A stretch of DNA of 64,000 bases. Origin: Nitrospirota bacterium. GTDB taxonomy: Bacteria > Nitrospirota > Thermodesulfovibrionia > UBA6902. This document shows, piece after piece, positions 9,877-18,806 of the stretch. Under the pieces are notes generated by a model, which saw nothing but the letters and a program-made list of their open reading frames with translations, ran no database searches and was not told the DNA's origin. The translations under genes were made by a program, and so were the position numbers. The stretch lies in assembly GCA_016207885.1 (NCBI GenBank), contig JACQZE010000003.1, forward strand, positions 421,117 to 485,116. The letters are read 5' to 3'. Position 1 is the first letter of the stretch, and each line of letters opens with the position of its first letter.

Positions 9877-12561
9877 ATGTTAACTAACATAGACAAATTA
9901 ACAGAAAGCGGCTGCTCTTCCGAAAAGCAGGACAAGGTATGCCGTTCGCGGGGCGGAGAGTCATGCGCCTTTGACGGAGCTATGATCGTACTCCAGCCTA
10001 TTGCGGATACGGCGCATATCGTCCACGGGCCGATTGCGTGCTGCGGCAACACATGGGAAGGAAGAGGCACGTTATCTTTAAATGGCAACCTGCACAGAAT
10101 GGGCTTCACAACCGACATGAATGAGATAGATATTGTCTATGGCTCTGAGGAAAAATTGTATGCGGCAATAATTAAGACATTTGAAGCTGTAAAACCAAAA
10201 GCTATTTTTGTCTATGCAACATGCGTAAGCGGTTTAATCGGCGAGGATATCGAGTCCGTATGCAAAAAAGCGGAAACCGAAATCGGAGTTCGTGTCATTC
10301 CGGTAAACGCACCGGGCTTTGTCGGCCCGAAGAATTTAGGGAATAGGATAGCAGGGGAAGTGCTGCTGGATCATGTGATAGGGACAGGGGAATTGCCTTC
10401 CAAAATCATAACTCCCCCTTCCCCCTCTTATCTTAAGAGGGGGGCAGACATCAATCTCATCGGAGAGTATAACATCGCAGGAGATTTGTGGCTTGTGGAG
10501 CCGGTGTTAAAAAAAGCTGGAATGCAAATCCTTTCACGCATCACAGGCGATTCGACTTTTGAGGAGATAACTTACGCGCATCATGCAAAGCTGAATGTAG
10601 TGGTTTGCAGCCGCGCATTGATAAATGTTGCGAAGGAGATGGAGAAGCGGTACGGCATTCCTTATATTGAAGTTTCGTTCTTTGGCAAGACAGAGATGAC
10701 AAAGGCCTTGAGGCTGATTGCAAGCAAGCTGTCATCTAATTACAAAATCCCCCTTAATCCCCCTTTTTCAAAGGGGGAGATTGGATTCCCCTCTTTGGAA
10801 AAGAGGGGTCAGGGGAGATTTTTTCAAATAGAGTCAATAATTGCAAGAGAAGAAGAACGTCTTGAAGAAAAACTGAAAATATATTCTCACCTCAAAGGCA
10901 AAAAGGCTGTTCTCTACACCGGCGGGGTGAAGAGCTGGTCATTCATCTCCGCGCTTCTTGATCTGGGAATTGAGATAGTTGCTGTCGGAACAAAGAAGAG
11001 CACATTTGAAGATGAAGAGAAGATGAAAGAGATACTTGGAGAGAATGCTCCGCTTGTTGAAGATGTGATGCCTAAGAATCTCCTGAGGCTCATGAAAGAG
11101 AAAAACGCCGACATACTTGTTGCGGGCGGGAGAAATCAGTATCTCGCGATTAAGGAAGGCTTTCCTTTTGTTGATGTGAATCAGGAGAGGCATACGGCAT
11201 ACGCGGGATATGAAGGGCTGGTGAATTTGGCTGAGCAGATAAGCAACAGCATACGGTTTTATAACCCGAAGGCAAAAGTCGGAAGCCGGAAGTCTGAAGT
11301 AAGAACGAAATCCGAAATTGTTATCAATCCGTTGAAGCACTCACAGTCCATCGGGGCTGCGATCGCGTTTCAGGGGATCAATAATTCAATTCCGGTCATT
11401 CACGGGGCGCAGGGGTGTAACTTCCTTGCAAAGGTTTTATTGACAAAGCATTTCAGAGAGCCCATCGCTCTTCAAAGCACAAAGCTCTTTACCGAGGACG
11501 TGGTGATGGGAAGTGAGGATAAGTTAACCGGCACATTGGACAGCATCATAGACAAGAATGCTCCTGATGTTATCGGAGTTCTGACGTCAGGGCTGTCAGA
11601 GGCAAAGGGAGATGATCTTGAAGGGACATTGAAGGTAAGCGGTCATAGGCCAGGGGTCAGGATTATCCATGTCCCGACTCCTGATTATGAAGGCGGGCTT
11701 GAAAGCGGTTACGCAAGGGCGGTAGAGAACATCATTGAGTCTGTGGTGCCTAAAAATATTGCTGATGCCAGACCCTTGACCGATGACCGTCTTGTCAATG
11801 TCCTTGTCGGCTCGCATCTGACCCCTGCTGATTTTACAGAGTTAAGAGAGATTATTGAAGCCTTCGGCTTAAAGCCGGTCATATTTCCAGACCTTTCCTC
11901 GCTTGACGGCAGCAGGCAGGGCTTTTCACCACTTGCCGCAGGCGGGACAGATGTTAAGGACATAAAAAGAATGGCAGAGGCATCGTTCACAATTGCTATA
12001 GGAAAAAGCATGGAACCGGGCGCGAGGTTGTTGAACGAAATATGCGGCATTGAGTATACGGTGTTTGAAAGCCTTTCCGGGCTCAGGGATGTGGAAGTCT
12101 TCATGCAGATGCTTTCATTCCTGAGCGGCAATCCGGTTCCTGCCAGATACGACAGACAGAGGAGAATCCTGATCGACGGGATGAGGGACGCGCATTTTTA
12201 TTTCGGAAACAAAAAGGTTTGCATCGCGCTTGAGCCTGATATGGCTGTTCAGACTTCAAGATGGATCAGTGAGATGGGCGCGGAGGCAACGCTTGCGGTC
12301 ATTCCTCAGAATACGGAGAGCTCAGGAAATATTATTGCGAAAGAGGTGGTTGTCTCTGACCTGTTTTCGATAGCGGGTGATTATGACCTGCTAATTTCAA
12401 ACTCACACGCTGAAGATACGGCAAAGAGGCTGGGTGTTCCATTGTATCAGGCGGGATTCCCTGTTTATAAAGTTATAGGTAACAGTTCAAGGATCACCAT
12501 TGGATACAGAGGCACGCTTGCGATGATCAATGAAGCGGCAAATCTGCTGCCAAAGGAGTGA
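9877..12561 (+). CDS. nifEN: fused NifE-NifN FeMo-cofactor biosynthesis scaffold
   Basis: 894 aa. The N-terminal half is NifE-like (CAFDGAMIVLQPIADTAHIVHGPIACCGN). The C-terminal half is NifN-like (IGAAIAFQGINNSIPVIHGAQGCNFL). It contains two in-frame repeat insertions. Confidence 0.85.
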   Translation: MLTNIDKLTESGCSSEKQDKVCRSRGGESCAFDGAMIVLQPIADTAHIVHGPIACCGNTWEGRGTLSLNGNLHRMGFTTDMNEIDIVYGSEEKLYAAIIKTFEAVKPKAIFVYATCVSGLIGEDIESVCKKAETEIGVRVIPVNAPGFVGPKNLGNRIAGEVLLDHVIGTGELPSKIITPPSPSYLKRGADINLIGEYNIAGDLWLVEPVLKKAGMQILSRITGDSTFEEITYAHHAKLNVVVCSRALINVAKEMEKRYGIPYIEVSFFGKTEMTKALRLIASKLSSNYKIPLNPPFSKGEIGFPSLEKRGQGRFFQIESIIAREEERLEEKLKIYSHLKGKKAVLYTGGVKSWSFISALLDLGIEIVAVGTKKSTFEDEEKMKEILGENAPLVEDVMPKNLLRLMKEKNADILVAGGRNQYLAIKEGFPFVDVNQERHTAYAGYEGLVNLAEQISNSIRFYNPKAKVGSRKSEVRTKSEIVINPLKHSQSIGAAIAFQGINNSIPVIHGAQGCNFLAKVLLTKHFREPIALQSTKLFTEDVVMGSEDKLTGTLDSIIDKNAPDVIGVLTSGLSEAKGDDLEGTLKVSGHRPGVRIIHVPTPDYEGGLESGYARAVENIIESVVPKNIADARPLTDDRLVNVLVGSHLTPADFTELREIIEAFGLKPVIFPDLSSLDGSRQGFSPLAAGGTDVKDIKRMAEASFTIAIGKSMEPGARLLNEICGIEYTVFESLSGLRDVEVFMQMLSFLSGNPVPARYDRQRRILIDGMRDAHFYFGNKKVCIALEPDMAVQTSRWISEMGAEATLAVIPQNTESSGNIIAKEVVVSDLFSIAGDYDLLISNSHAEDTAKRLGVPLYQAGFPVYKVIGNSSRITIGYRGTLAMINEAANLLPKE
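10408..10448. repeat. palindromic element copy inserted in-frame in nifEN
   Basis: ataactcccccttCCCCCTCTTAtctTAAGAGGGGGGcagac is translated as ITPPSPSYLKRGAD within the NifE domain. Confidence 0.8.
10746..10825. repeat. palindromic element (two hairpins) inserted in-frame in nifEN
   Basis: aatCCCCCttaatCCCCCtttttcaaaGGGGGagattggattCCCCTCTTtggaAAAGAGGGGtcaGGGGagatttttt is translated as KIPLNPPFSKGEIGFPSLEKRGQGRFFQ. Its 3' half is nearly identical to the copy at 41893. Confidence 0.8.
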
Positions 12562-12672
12562 GATGTGAGAAAGTTTAAGAAAGGCATGAAACGTTTGGCT
12601 GTATTCTTGTCAGAGGTCATTTTGGAGACAGCGCGCTATTGCGAAAACAATCAAATATTTTGAGGTGACGTC

Positions 12673-13071
12673 ATGAAAGTGGCATTTGCGACAACAGATG
12701 AAATTAATGTGGATGAACATTTCGGCAGGGCCGGGATGTTTGTCATATACGAATTAATGAAGGATGGTTACAAATTCCTTGAGACGAGAAGGTTCGCTGA
12801 AGGCAGGGATGCGGAGATAGAAGGGACAAAAGGGCTGGGACAGATCCATGATGACAGGGTTCAGGCGAAAGTCGATAAGCTTGCTGATTGCAAGATCATC
12901 TATCTCACGGAAATTGGCGGGCCTTCGGCAGCGAGGCTTGTAAAAAAGGGCATAATGCCGATAAAGATAAAAGAGGCAGCATCTATTGAGGAATCAATGA
13001 ATAGACTATTTGAGACAGTAAAAGGGTCTCCGCCGCCGTGGCTGAGAAAGGCGATGAATAATCATTCGTAG
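12673..13071 (+). CDS. nifX: dinitrogenase FeMo-cofactor-binding (NifX/NafY/NifB-C family) protein
   Basis: MKVAFATTDEINVDEHFGRAGMFVIYEL matches the N-terminal signature of the Nitro_FeMo-Co domain. RBS GAGGTGA. Confidence 0.7.
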   Translation: MKVAFATTDEINVDEHFGRAGMFVIYELMKDGYKFLETRRFAEGRDAEIEGTKGLGQIHDDRVQAKVDKLADCKIIYLTEIGGPSAARLVKKGIMPIKIKEAASIEESMNRLFETVKGSPPPWLRKAMNNHS

Positions 13072-13118
13072 AGGCAGGTTTTAAACTTGCCCCGACAATA
13101 AAAAAGGAGGATTTACAG

Positions 13119-13436
13119 ATGAAGATGATCAGGGCGTTTATAAGGCCGGAAAAAGAGCAGGAGGTAGTTTTGGCATTGGAGGGAGCCGGATTTCCGTCAC
13201 TCACAAAGATGCCGGTATTCGGAAGGGGAAAACAGAAGGGGCTTCAGGTGGGGCCGGTGCATTATGACGAACTTCCCAAAACCCTCATCATGACCGTTGT
13301 TGACACTGAAGATGTCGGGAAAGTGATCGGGATAATAGAGGGCAAGGCAAAGACCGGTTTTATCGGTGACGGGAAGATATTCGTCAGCCCGGTTGATGCT
13401 GTTTACACCGTCAGGACCGGGGAGGCTGTGCTATGA
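13119..13436 (+). CDS. nifI1: nitrogenase-associated PII-like regulator NifI1
   Basis: 105-aa PII-fold ORF (MKMIRAFIRPEK...GRGKQKG...GDGKIFVSPV), paired and overlapping (ATGA) with a longer PII-like ORF. Confidence 0.75.
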   Translation: MKMIRAFIRPEKEQEVVLALEGAGFPSLTKMPVFGRGKQKGLQVGPVHYDELPKTLIMTVVDTEDVGKVIGIIEGKAKTGFIGDGKIFVSPVDAVYTVRTGEAVL

Positions 13437-13849
13437 AGGAGATCACCGCGATCATCAGAAGGGACAAGCTCCCTGAGACCAAAAAGGCGCTTGATGAACT
13501 GGGTTATCCCGCGATGACAATTCAGAGCGTAGACGGGAGAGGAAAACAAAAAGGCGCGATGTGCGCGGAGATGGATTCTGAAATGCCCGAGAGCTTCTGC
13601 ACGGCAGCGAAATTAAAACCGACTCCATCCACATATGCGCTTGAACATACATTGCCGAAGGCCGCCCTCTATGTGCCAAAGAGGATGCTTACTGTTGTTG
13701 TGCCTGATGATGTTGTGATCAAGCTTGTGAAATCAATTATTAAGGTCAACCAGTCAGGCAAGCGCGGAGACGGAAAGATATTTGTTTCGCCCATTGAAGG
13801 CGCTGTCAGGGTAAGGACAGGAGAGATGGACGGCGAGGCGATCTCATAA
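13433..13849 (+). CDS. nifI2: nitrogenase-associated PII-like regulator NifI2 (extended T-loop)
   Basis: 138-aa PII-fold ORF with a long insertion between GRGKQKG and GDGKIFVSPI. Confidence 0.75.
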   Translation: MKEITAIIRRDKLPETKKALDELGYPAMTIQSVDGRGKQKGAMCAEMDSEMPESFCTAAKLKPTPSTYALEHTLPKAALYVPKRMLTVVVPDDVVIKLVKSIIKVNQSGKRGDGKIFVSPIEGAVRVRTGEMDGEAIS

Positions 13850-13859
13850 AGGAGGCATT

Positions 13860-14135
13860 ATGTCAATTACAGGGTACACAAGAGGCGGGCAGGAATGGAC
13901 GCCGAAGTTTATAGAATCCATAGATGCTGACAAGTGCATCGGCTGCGGACGCTGTTACAAGGCCTGCAGCCGGGATGTGCTTGAGCTGATCGAGAAGCCC
14001 TTTGAAGGTGAAGACGAGTACGGAGATGACATGGGCAACAAGGTGATGTCTGTCGCAAATCCAGGGAACTGCATCGGCTGCGAGGCTTGCTCAAAGATCT
14101 GCACAAAGAGATGCCATGTGCATACAGAGGTTTAA
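13860..14135 (+). CDS. 2x[4Fe-4S] ferredoxin
   Basis: Two clusters: CIGCGRCYKACS and CIGCEACSKICT. 91 aa. Confidence 0.75.
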   Translation: MSITGYTRGGQEWTPKFIESIDADKCIGCGRCYKACSRDVLELIEKPFEGEDEYGDDMGNKVMSVANPGNCIGCEACSKICTKRCHVHTEV

Positions 14136-14136
14136 G

Positions 14137-15033
14137 ATGAAAACAATTCTTAAGAGCAGCGACAAAAAACATATCATAAGCACGCACCCGTGTTTCTCTA
14201 AGGAGGCGCACAACAGGTTCGGAAGAATTCATCTGCCTGTAGCGCCTGCCTGCAACATTCAGTGCAAATACTGCGTAAGGAAGTATGACTGCGCCAATGA
14301 ATCAAGGCCCGGCATAACAAGCAGGGTGCTGACCCCGTATGAGGCATTGGAAAGGGTCAGGTCATTGGTTGAACGGAATGAGCGCCTGACCGTTATAGGC
14401 ATTGCAGGGCCGGGAGACCCGCTGGCAAATGACGCGACATTTGAGACATTCAGCGCGATCCACAGGGAATATCCCGAACTGACGCTCTGCGTCTCAACAA
14501 ACGGGCTGCTGCTTTCCGACAGGCTTGATGATCTTATCGGGGCAGGAGTGAGCAGCCTGACGGTTACAATAAATGCTGTCATTCCAGAGATAGCTGAAAA
14601 GATATATTCATGGGTGTCGTACAACGGCAGGCTTTATAAAGAGAGAGAAGCCGCCGAATGCCTTCTGCTGAATCAGTGGGAAGGGCTCGGAGCGGCTGTT
14701 GAGGCTGGGCTTATCGTAAAAGTTAACACGGTTTTTATCCCGGGAGTTAATGACGAAGAGATCCCATTTATCGCCAGGTTTGCCGGCCACAAGGGTGCGG
14801 AACTGATGAATATCATGCCGTTGATCCCAAAAGGTGAGTTTGAAGATCTTCATAGGCCGTCTCGTGAAGCCGTCCATGTAATGCGCGAGAAATGCGGAAA
14901 GCACATTTCGCAAATGACTCATTGCAAACAGTGCCGGGCGGATGCCTGCGGAACTCTTGATGAAGATAAAGATATGGAACTTGAAGTTCTGCATTCGAGG
15001 ATCGGGGAAGATTATTGTGAAATTATTAATTGA
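14137..15033 (+). CDS. nifB: FeMo-cofactor biosynthesis radical-SAM protein NifB (SAM domain only, no NifX-like C-terminal domain)
   Basis: PACNIQCKYCVRKYDC is the CxxxCxxC radical-SAM motif. NifB-like GPGDPLAN and TNGLLL segments are present. The start was trimmed to MKTILK. Confidence 0.8.
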   Translation: MKTILKSSDKKHIISTHPCFSKEAHNRFGRIHLPVAPACNIQCKYCVRKYDCANESRPGITSRVLTPYEALERVRSLVERNERLTVIGIAGPGDPLANDATFETFSAIHREYPELTLCVSTNGLLLSDRLDDLIGAGVSSLTVTINAVIPEIAEKIYSWVSYNGRLYKEREAAECLLLNQWEGLGAAVEAGLIVKVNTVFIPGVNDEEIPFIARFAGHKGAELMNIMPLIPKGEFEDLHRPSREAVHVMREKCGKHISQMTHCKQCRADACGTLDEDKDMELEVLHSRIGEDYCEIIN

Positions 15034-15061
15034 AAGAAGCGGTCAGCTGTCTGAAATAGAA

Positions 15062-15787
15062 ATGGAGCGTTACCGCAGGCAACTGATGCTTCACGGGTTC
15101 ACTGAAGAACATCAGCGTAAGCTGAAGGATTCAACCGCGCTGATAGCGGGCATCGGCGGCCTTGGAGGGACTGCCGCAATATATCTCGCTGTTGCCGGGA
15201 TAGGAAAGATGGTCTTCGCCCATTACGGAAATCTCACGCTCTCCAACATGAACAGGCAGATTCTGATGCGGCATGACCGGATCGGGGGAAGCAGGGTTGA
15301 GCAGGCCATGAGGACAATTGAAGAGATAAATCCCGATGTGGAGGTTGAGGCCTTTAATGAAAGGACATCAGAAGGCAATGTTGGGAATCTTCTCGACGGA
15401 ATTCAGATAGCGCTTTCTGCCAGGCCCAATTTCCGCGAGCGGAGAATCTTAAACAATGCCTGTGTCAGAAGAAATATTCCCATGGTTGAGGCTGCCATGA
15501 ACGGCATGGAGGGGTATCTTTTTAATGTAATTCCCGGAATAACTCCCTGCCTAAATTGCCTGTATCCTGAAGATAACCCGGAGTGGGAAGAGCTTGGTTT
15601 TCCCGTGCTTGGCGCAGTCTCCGGCGTACTCGGCTGCCTGATGAGCATAGAGACGATAAAGCTCCTGACAGGTTATGGGAAACCCCTGCGTTCTCAAATG
15701 CTGGTATTCAATACTATGGATCTGGATTTCAGAAAAATGAATACGAGAAGAGATATCAAGTGCATGGTATGCGGGAATTTGAATTAA
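15062..15787 (+). CDS. hesA: HesA/MoeB/ThiF-family E1-like protein
   Basis: YRRQLMLHGF...LIAGIGGLGGTAAIYLAVAGIGKM is the Rossmann segment, with a C-terminal CLNC...CMVC pair. The start is uncertain (ATG 15062 or GTG 15017). Confidence 0.65.
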   Translation: MERYRRQLMLHGFTEEHQRKLKDSTALIAGIGGLGGTAAIYLAVAGIGKMVFAHYGNLTLSNMNRQILMRHDRIGGSRVEQAMRTIEEINPDVEVEAFNERTSEGNVGNLLDGIQIALSARPNFRERRILNNACVRRNIPMVEAAMNGMEGYLFNVIPGITPCLNCLYPEDNPEWEELGFPVLGAVSGVLGCLMSIETIKLLTGYGKPLRSQMLVFNTMDLDFRKMNTRRDIKCMVCGNLN

Positions 15788-15830
15788 CCTGACAGGGATA
15801 TTAATAAAACAGCAATCACATACTACAACC

Positions 15831-15908
15831 CGTCATTCCGGCTTGTCCGGAATCTTTCTTTGTTTTAAGCAGGATAAGCCTTCGGATTCCCGACAAGCGG
15901 GAATGACA
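15831..15908. repeat. long inverted repeat (23-bp arms, GTCATTCCGG-type) between hesA and nifV
   Basis: cgtcattccggcttgtccggaat ...32 nt... attcccgacaagcgggaatgacag. Related half-sites occur at 5209-5232 and 24136-24147. Confidence 0.6.
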
Positions 15909-15920
15909 GCAATAATAAGG

Positions 15921-17069
15921 ATGAAACTCATGGCAAGAAAAAATAAAATAGAAATTCTCGACACAACCCTGCGGGAGGGAGAACAATCAAGAGGCATTCT
16001 CTTTACCACAGCGCAAAAAATAAAGCTCGCTGAAAAGCTTGACTGCTTCGGAGTGGATTTTATCGAACTGGGGCATCCGGCTGCGTCACCGTCCATACGG
16101 AAGTCTGTTGCCGTAATTTCCTCACTCGGGCTAAAGGCGCAGACAGTTGCCCATGCACGGGCAAAAAAAGAAGATATAGACATTATCCGGAGCTGTAAAA
16201 CAGCATGGGCCGGGATATTTTCCGGTATCAATTCGCTCAGCCTTGACTATCGGCTGCGCTCAGACAGAAAAACGGTTGCCGCCAATATCCTGAATGCCAT
16301 TAAGCATGCGAAAGACTGCGGCCTCAAGGTGCGTTTCACCTGCGAGGATGCTTCAAGGACTGACAGGAAGGAATTAATTGACCTGTACGCAATGGCGGTT
16401 GATGCCGGAGCAGACAGGATATGCGTTGCCGATACTGTCGGGATACTGACTCCGTCAAAGACAAAGGCGTTGATAGCTTATATTAAGAAACACGTCACAG
16501 CAGATATGCATGTCCATCTTCACAATGATTTTGGATTAGCCTCTGCCAATGCGCTTGCAGCTTATGAAGCCGGGGCGAGCGCGATAGATGTTTCTATCAA
16601 CGGCTTGGGAGAACGCTCGGGAGTGGCGGCGCTTGCCGAGGTATGTATGGCGCTCAAGCAGTTGTATACTGTGAATAACATCTGGGATCTGAAGCTGCTG
16701 CCGGAACTTTCAGCAATGGTATCAAGCTTCACAAGGTCGCCCATTGAATATTCACGGCCGATTGTAGGCAGAAATGTATTCTCCCATAAAGGCGGCATCC
16801 ACAGCGCCTCTGTTATGAAAAATCCTGAAACGTATGAACCCTTCCCTCCGGAAATCCTCGGGATAGGCCGCACTATCGTCATCAGCAGATTGATCGGCAG
16901 GCAAGGACTTGAAGGCGTATTGAAACCAGCACGACAGCTCTCACATAAGGATATCGAACATATCATCGGCAGAATCAAAAACAACGGCAATATAGAATTT
17001 ACAGACAAAGATGTAGCCCGTGTGATGAGAAACTTCAAAAGAGAAGACAATGCCCGCATATTGTCATAG
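15921..17069 (+). CDS. nifV: homocitrate synthase (HMGL-like, 2-isopropylmalate synthase family)
   Basis: ILDTTLREGEQS...GVDFIELGHPAA...HLHNDFGLA, in nif context. The start is ambiguous (ATG 15903, 15921 or 15930). Confidence 0.7.
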   Translation: MKLMARKNKIEILDTTLREGEQSRGILFTTAQKIKLAEKLDCFGVDFIELGHPAASPSIRKSVAVISSLGLKAQTVAHARAKKEDIDIIRSCKTAWAGIFSGINSLSLDYRLRSDRKTVAANILNAIKHAKDCGLKVRFTCEDASRTDRKELIDLYAMAVDAGADRICVADTVGILTPSKTKALIAYIKKHVTADMHVHLHNDFGLASANALAAYEAGASAIDVSINGLGERSGVAALAEVCMALKQLYTVNNIWDLKLLPELSAMVSSFTRSPIEYSRPIVGRNVFSHKGGIHSASVMKNPETYEPFPPEILGIGRTIVISRLIGRQGLEGVLKPARQLSHKDIEHIIGRIKNNGNIEFTDKDVARVMRNFKREDNARILS

Positions 17070-17083
17070 CCCACAAAGCTGTC

Positions 17084-17103
17084 CTACAATTACATAATTG
17101 TAG
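17084..17103. promoter_or_regulatory. 20-bp palindrome CTACAATTACATAATTGTAG after nifV, preceded by GCTGTCCTACA motif
   Basis: Near-perfect dyad symmetry. The GCTGTCCTACA motif is shared with the hairpin at 21479. Confidence 0.35.
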
Positions 17104-17146
17104 TTTGATCTAATATGAGAACCTTTTAAATGCAAAGGGTTTGATC

Positions 17147-17164
17147 CTGGCATGCTTTTAGCAT
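17147..17164 (+). promoter_or_regulatory. sigma-54 promoter nearly identical to the nifH promoter
   Basis: cTGGCATgctttTAGCAt versus nifH cTGGCATactttTAGCAt. The -12 GC lies about 15 nt before the annotated ATG. Confidence 0.55.
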
Positions 17165-17176
17165 AATAGATAAGTT

Positions 17177-18667
17177 ATGAATCCGCTTTCCAGTCAGGAA
17201 CTTTATCATGAGATCTTCGGCTCTATCCTTGATAGAACCGAAATGACCCCTTATTTATTGCTGCAGGCAACAAATTATGAGGCCGCCCTGAGACAGGCAA
17301 CCAGGATGATGGGCAACCGCGGTTTTGATACGTCAGACAGCAATGAGCTGAATGAAAGCGAGAAAAAAAGGGCGCAGCAATATATAGAGCAGGCCTATTG
17401 TTACTGTTTTGATTTTATGTTCCCGTTTTTAAAAGAACAGCTTGAAGGGCTCAAGGCTTTAAATACCAAAAATCAGTATCTGTACACTAACTCTTTGCAG
17501 GTCATAGATGAAATAGCGGCTATATTGCTTGATCCGGAGTTTAAAGAAATAGTTGCCGAAGACCCGCGGCATCTCTTTCTTCTGGCATCATCAAAAAAGT
17601 ATCCTCACGTCTTCTACGGCTACAAGGGGCTAAATATGCATGTTCCGCCCGGCTGGCAGCGCATGGCATGTTCGATCCTGAAAGTGGCGCATCTGATCAA
17701 GTCAATCGAGGAGGAGAGCCAGGATGTTAACGACTTCGCCCAGTTGGGCTTGTTCTTTGAAAGTAAGGGGCAGAGCCTTCACGACATATTTAATTATGAC
17801 TGGGAGAACCCCGGAGAACTTCCGGAAAGCGAGGCAGCTCAAAGGGCATTCGTAAAGATCTCTGCTTTTTTTCATAAACTGAAAGAATTTGTTCAATATA
17901 ATACTGAACAAAAGCGCCTGATCTTCAATAGCGGAGACGGGGTTGAAGTCGATATCGTTGAGATAAAGGCAAGGCTGAAGAGCCCGGAAAGCATGTTTAC
18001 CAAGCTGGGCAAGAATCTTGAGGGAGAGGCCTACAATATCAGAGACCTTCTGGCGATCACCTTTATACTGAAGAACAAGGATGATACTTTAAAACTCTTT
18101 CATGCGCTGCAGAAACGGGGCGTTATACTTCAGGAAAATACGATCTCACAGTCCATAACCCAGACATTATTTGATATGCCTGAAGATATGACAGACGCGG
18201 TAGGAAGCCTCATGGCATCTCTCTCTATGAGCAAAGGGAAAGATGAGCCGGATGACAAGGATGAGGTTTTGGTTAACGCAAACAATTTTTATAATGCCCT
18301 CGGGGTCAATACTGCCAATAACCCTTATTCTTCATTGGGCCATAAGAAATTCCAGTGCAAGATAAACTTCTTTGTGCCCATTCACCGGATAGCCGGAACA
18401 GGCAAGATCATTATTCCCGGCACTGCTGAATATAAAATGAGGGACCGGCTTAATTTAAAAACGGAACAGCATACACTTGCGTTAGAGCTTCGCATATCAG
18501 ACGAGAAAAGCTGGCAACGGTCGGAATACAGCGGAGAGTCTCATCACAATGCCTATAAATTCCGTCAGTTGATCTCTGTAATGAACAGGGTATTCAAAAA
18601 TATCTTTAATCTGCCGGAGAAGTCTTTTTCCCAGGTCAGAAGCGACCAGGATATACTCTTCTCATAA
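17177..18667 (+). CDS. RelA/SpoT-like nucleotidyltransferase-domain protein (possible small alarmone synthetase-like) with unknown N-terminal domain
   Basis: The C-terminal half carries an RxKxxxSxxxK motif (ARLKSPESMFTKLGKN), D-containing IRDLLAITFIL, and an ExQxR-like ALELRISDEKSWQRSE...SHHNAYKF segment. Their order matches the NT_RelA_SpoT fold. 496 aa. The start may be an internal Met. Confidence 0.55.
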   Translation: MNPLSSQELYHEIFGSILDRTEMTPYLLLQATNYEAALRQATRMMGNRGFDTSDSNELNESEKKRAQQYIEQAYCYCFDFMFPFLKEQLEGLKALNTKNQYLYTNSLQVIDEIAAILLDPEFKEIVAEDPRHLFLLASSKKYPHVFYGYKGLNMHVPPGWQRMACSILKVAHLIKSIEEESQDVNDFAQLGLFFESKGQSLHDIFNYDWENPGELPESEAAQRAFVKISAFFHKLKEFVQYNTEQKRLIFNSGDGVEVDIVEIKARLKSPESMFTKLGKNLEGEAYNIRDLLAITFILKNKDDTLKLFHALQKRGVILQENTISQSITQTLFDMPEDMTDAVGSLMASLSMSKGKDEPDDKDEVLVNANNFYNALGVNTANNPYSSLGHKKFQCKINFFVPIHRIAGTGKIIIPGTAEYKMRDRLNLKTEQHTLALELRISDEKSWQRSEYSGESHHNAYKFRQLISVMNRVFKNIFNLPEKSFSQVRSDQDILFS

Positions 18668-18778
18668 CATTTTAACTTTCCCTACCAAATTGTCATATAC
18701 CTTCTTTTTTTGTCAGTAAAGATACTTTATTGTAGCTTTAACGCCATAATGTTTCCTTTAAAATCAAAGTGTTATAAA

Positions 18779-18796
18779 CTGGCACGCTTCTCGCAA
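18779..18796 (+). promoter_or_regulatory. sigma-54 promoter (TGGCAC-N5-TCGCA)
   Basis: aCTGGCACgcttcTCGCAa is a strong -24/-12 match. It shares an extended upstream block (CCTTTAAAATCA..GTGTT..AAACTGGCA) with the nifH promoter. Confidence 0.6.
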
Positions 18797-18806
18797 TAAG
18801 CTACGT

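Noticed and set aside
12586-12663. 25-aa ORF (MKRLAVFLSEVILETARYCENNQIF) between nifEN and nifX
   Set aside because: Too short. No RBS or recognisable motif. Could be chance.
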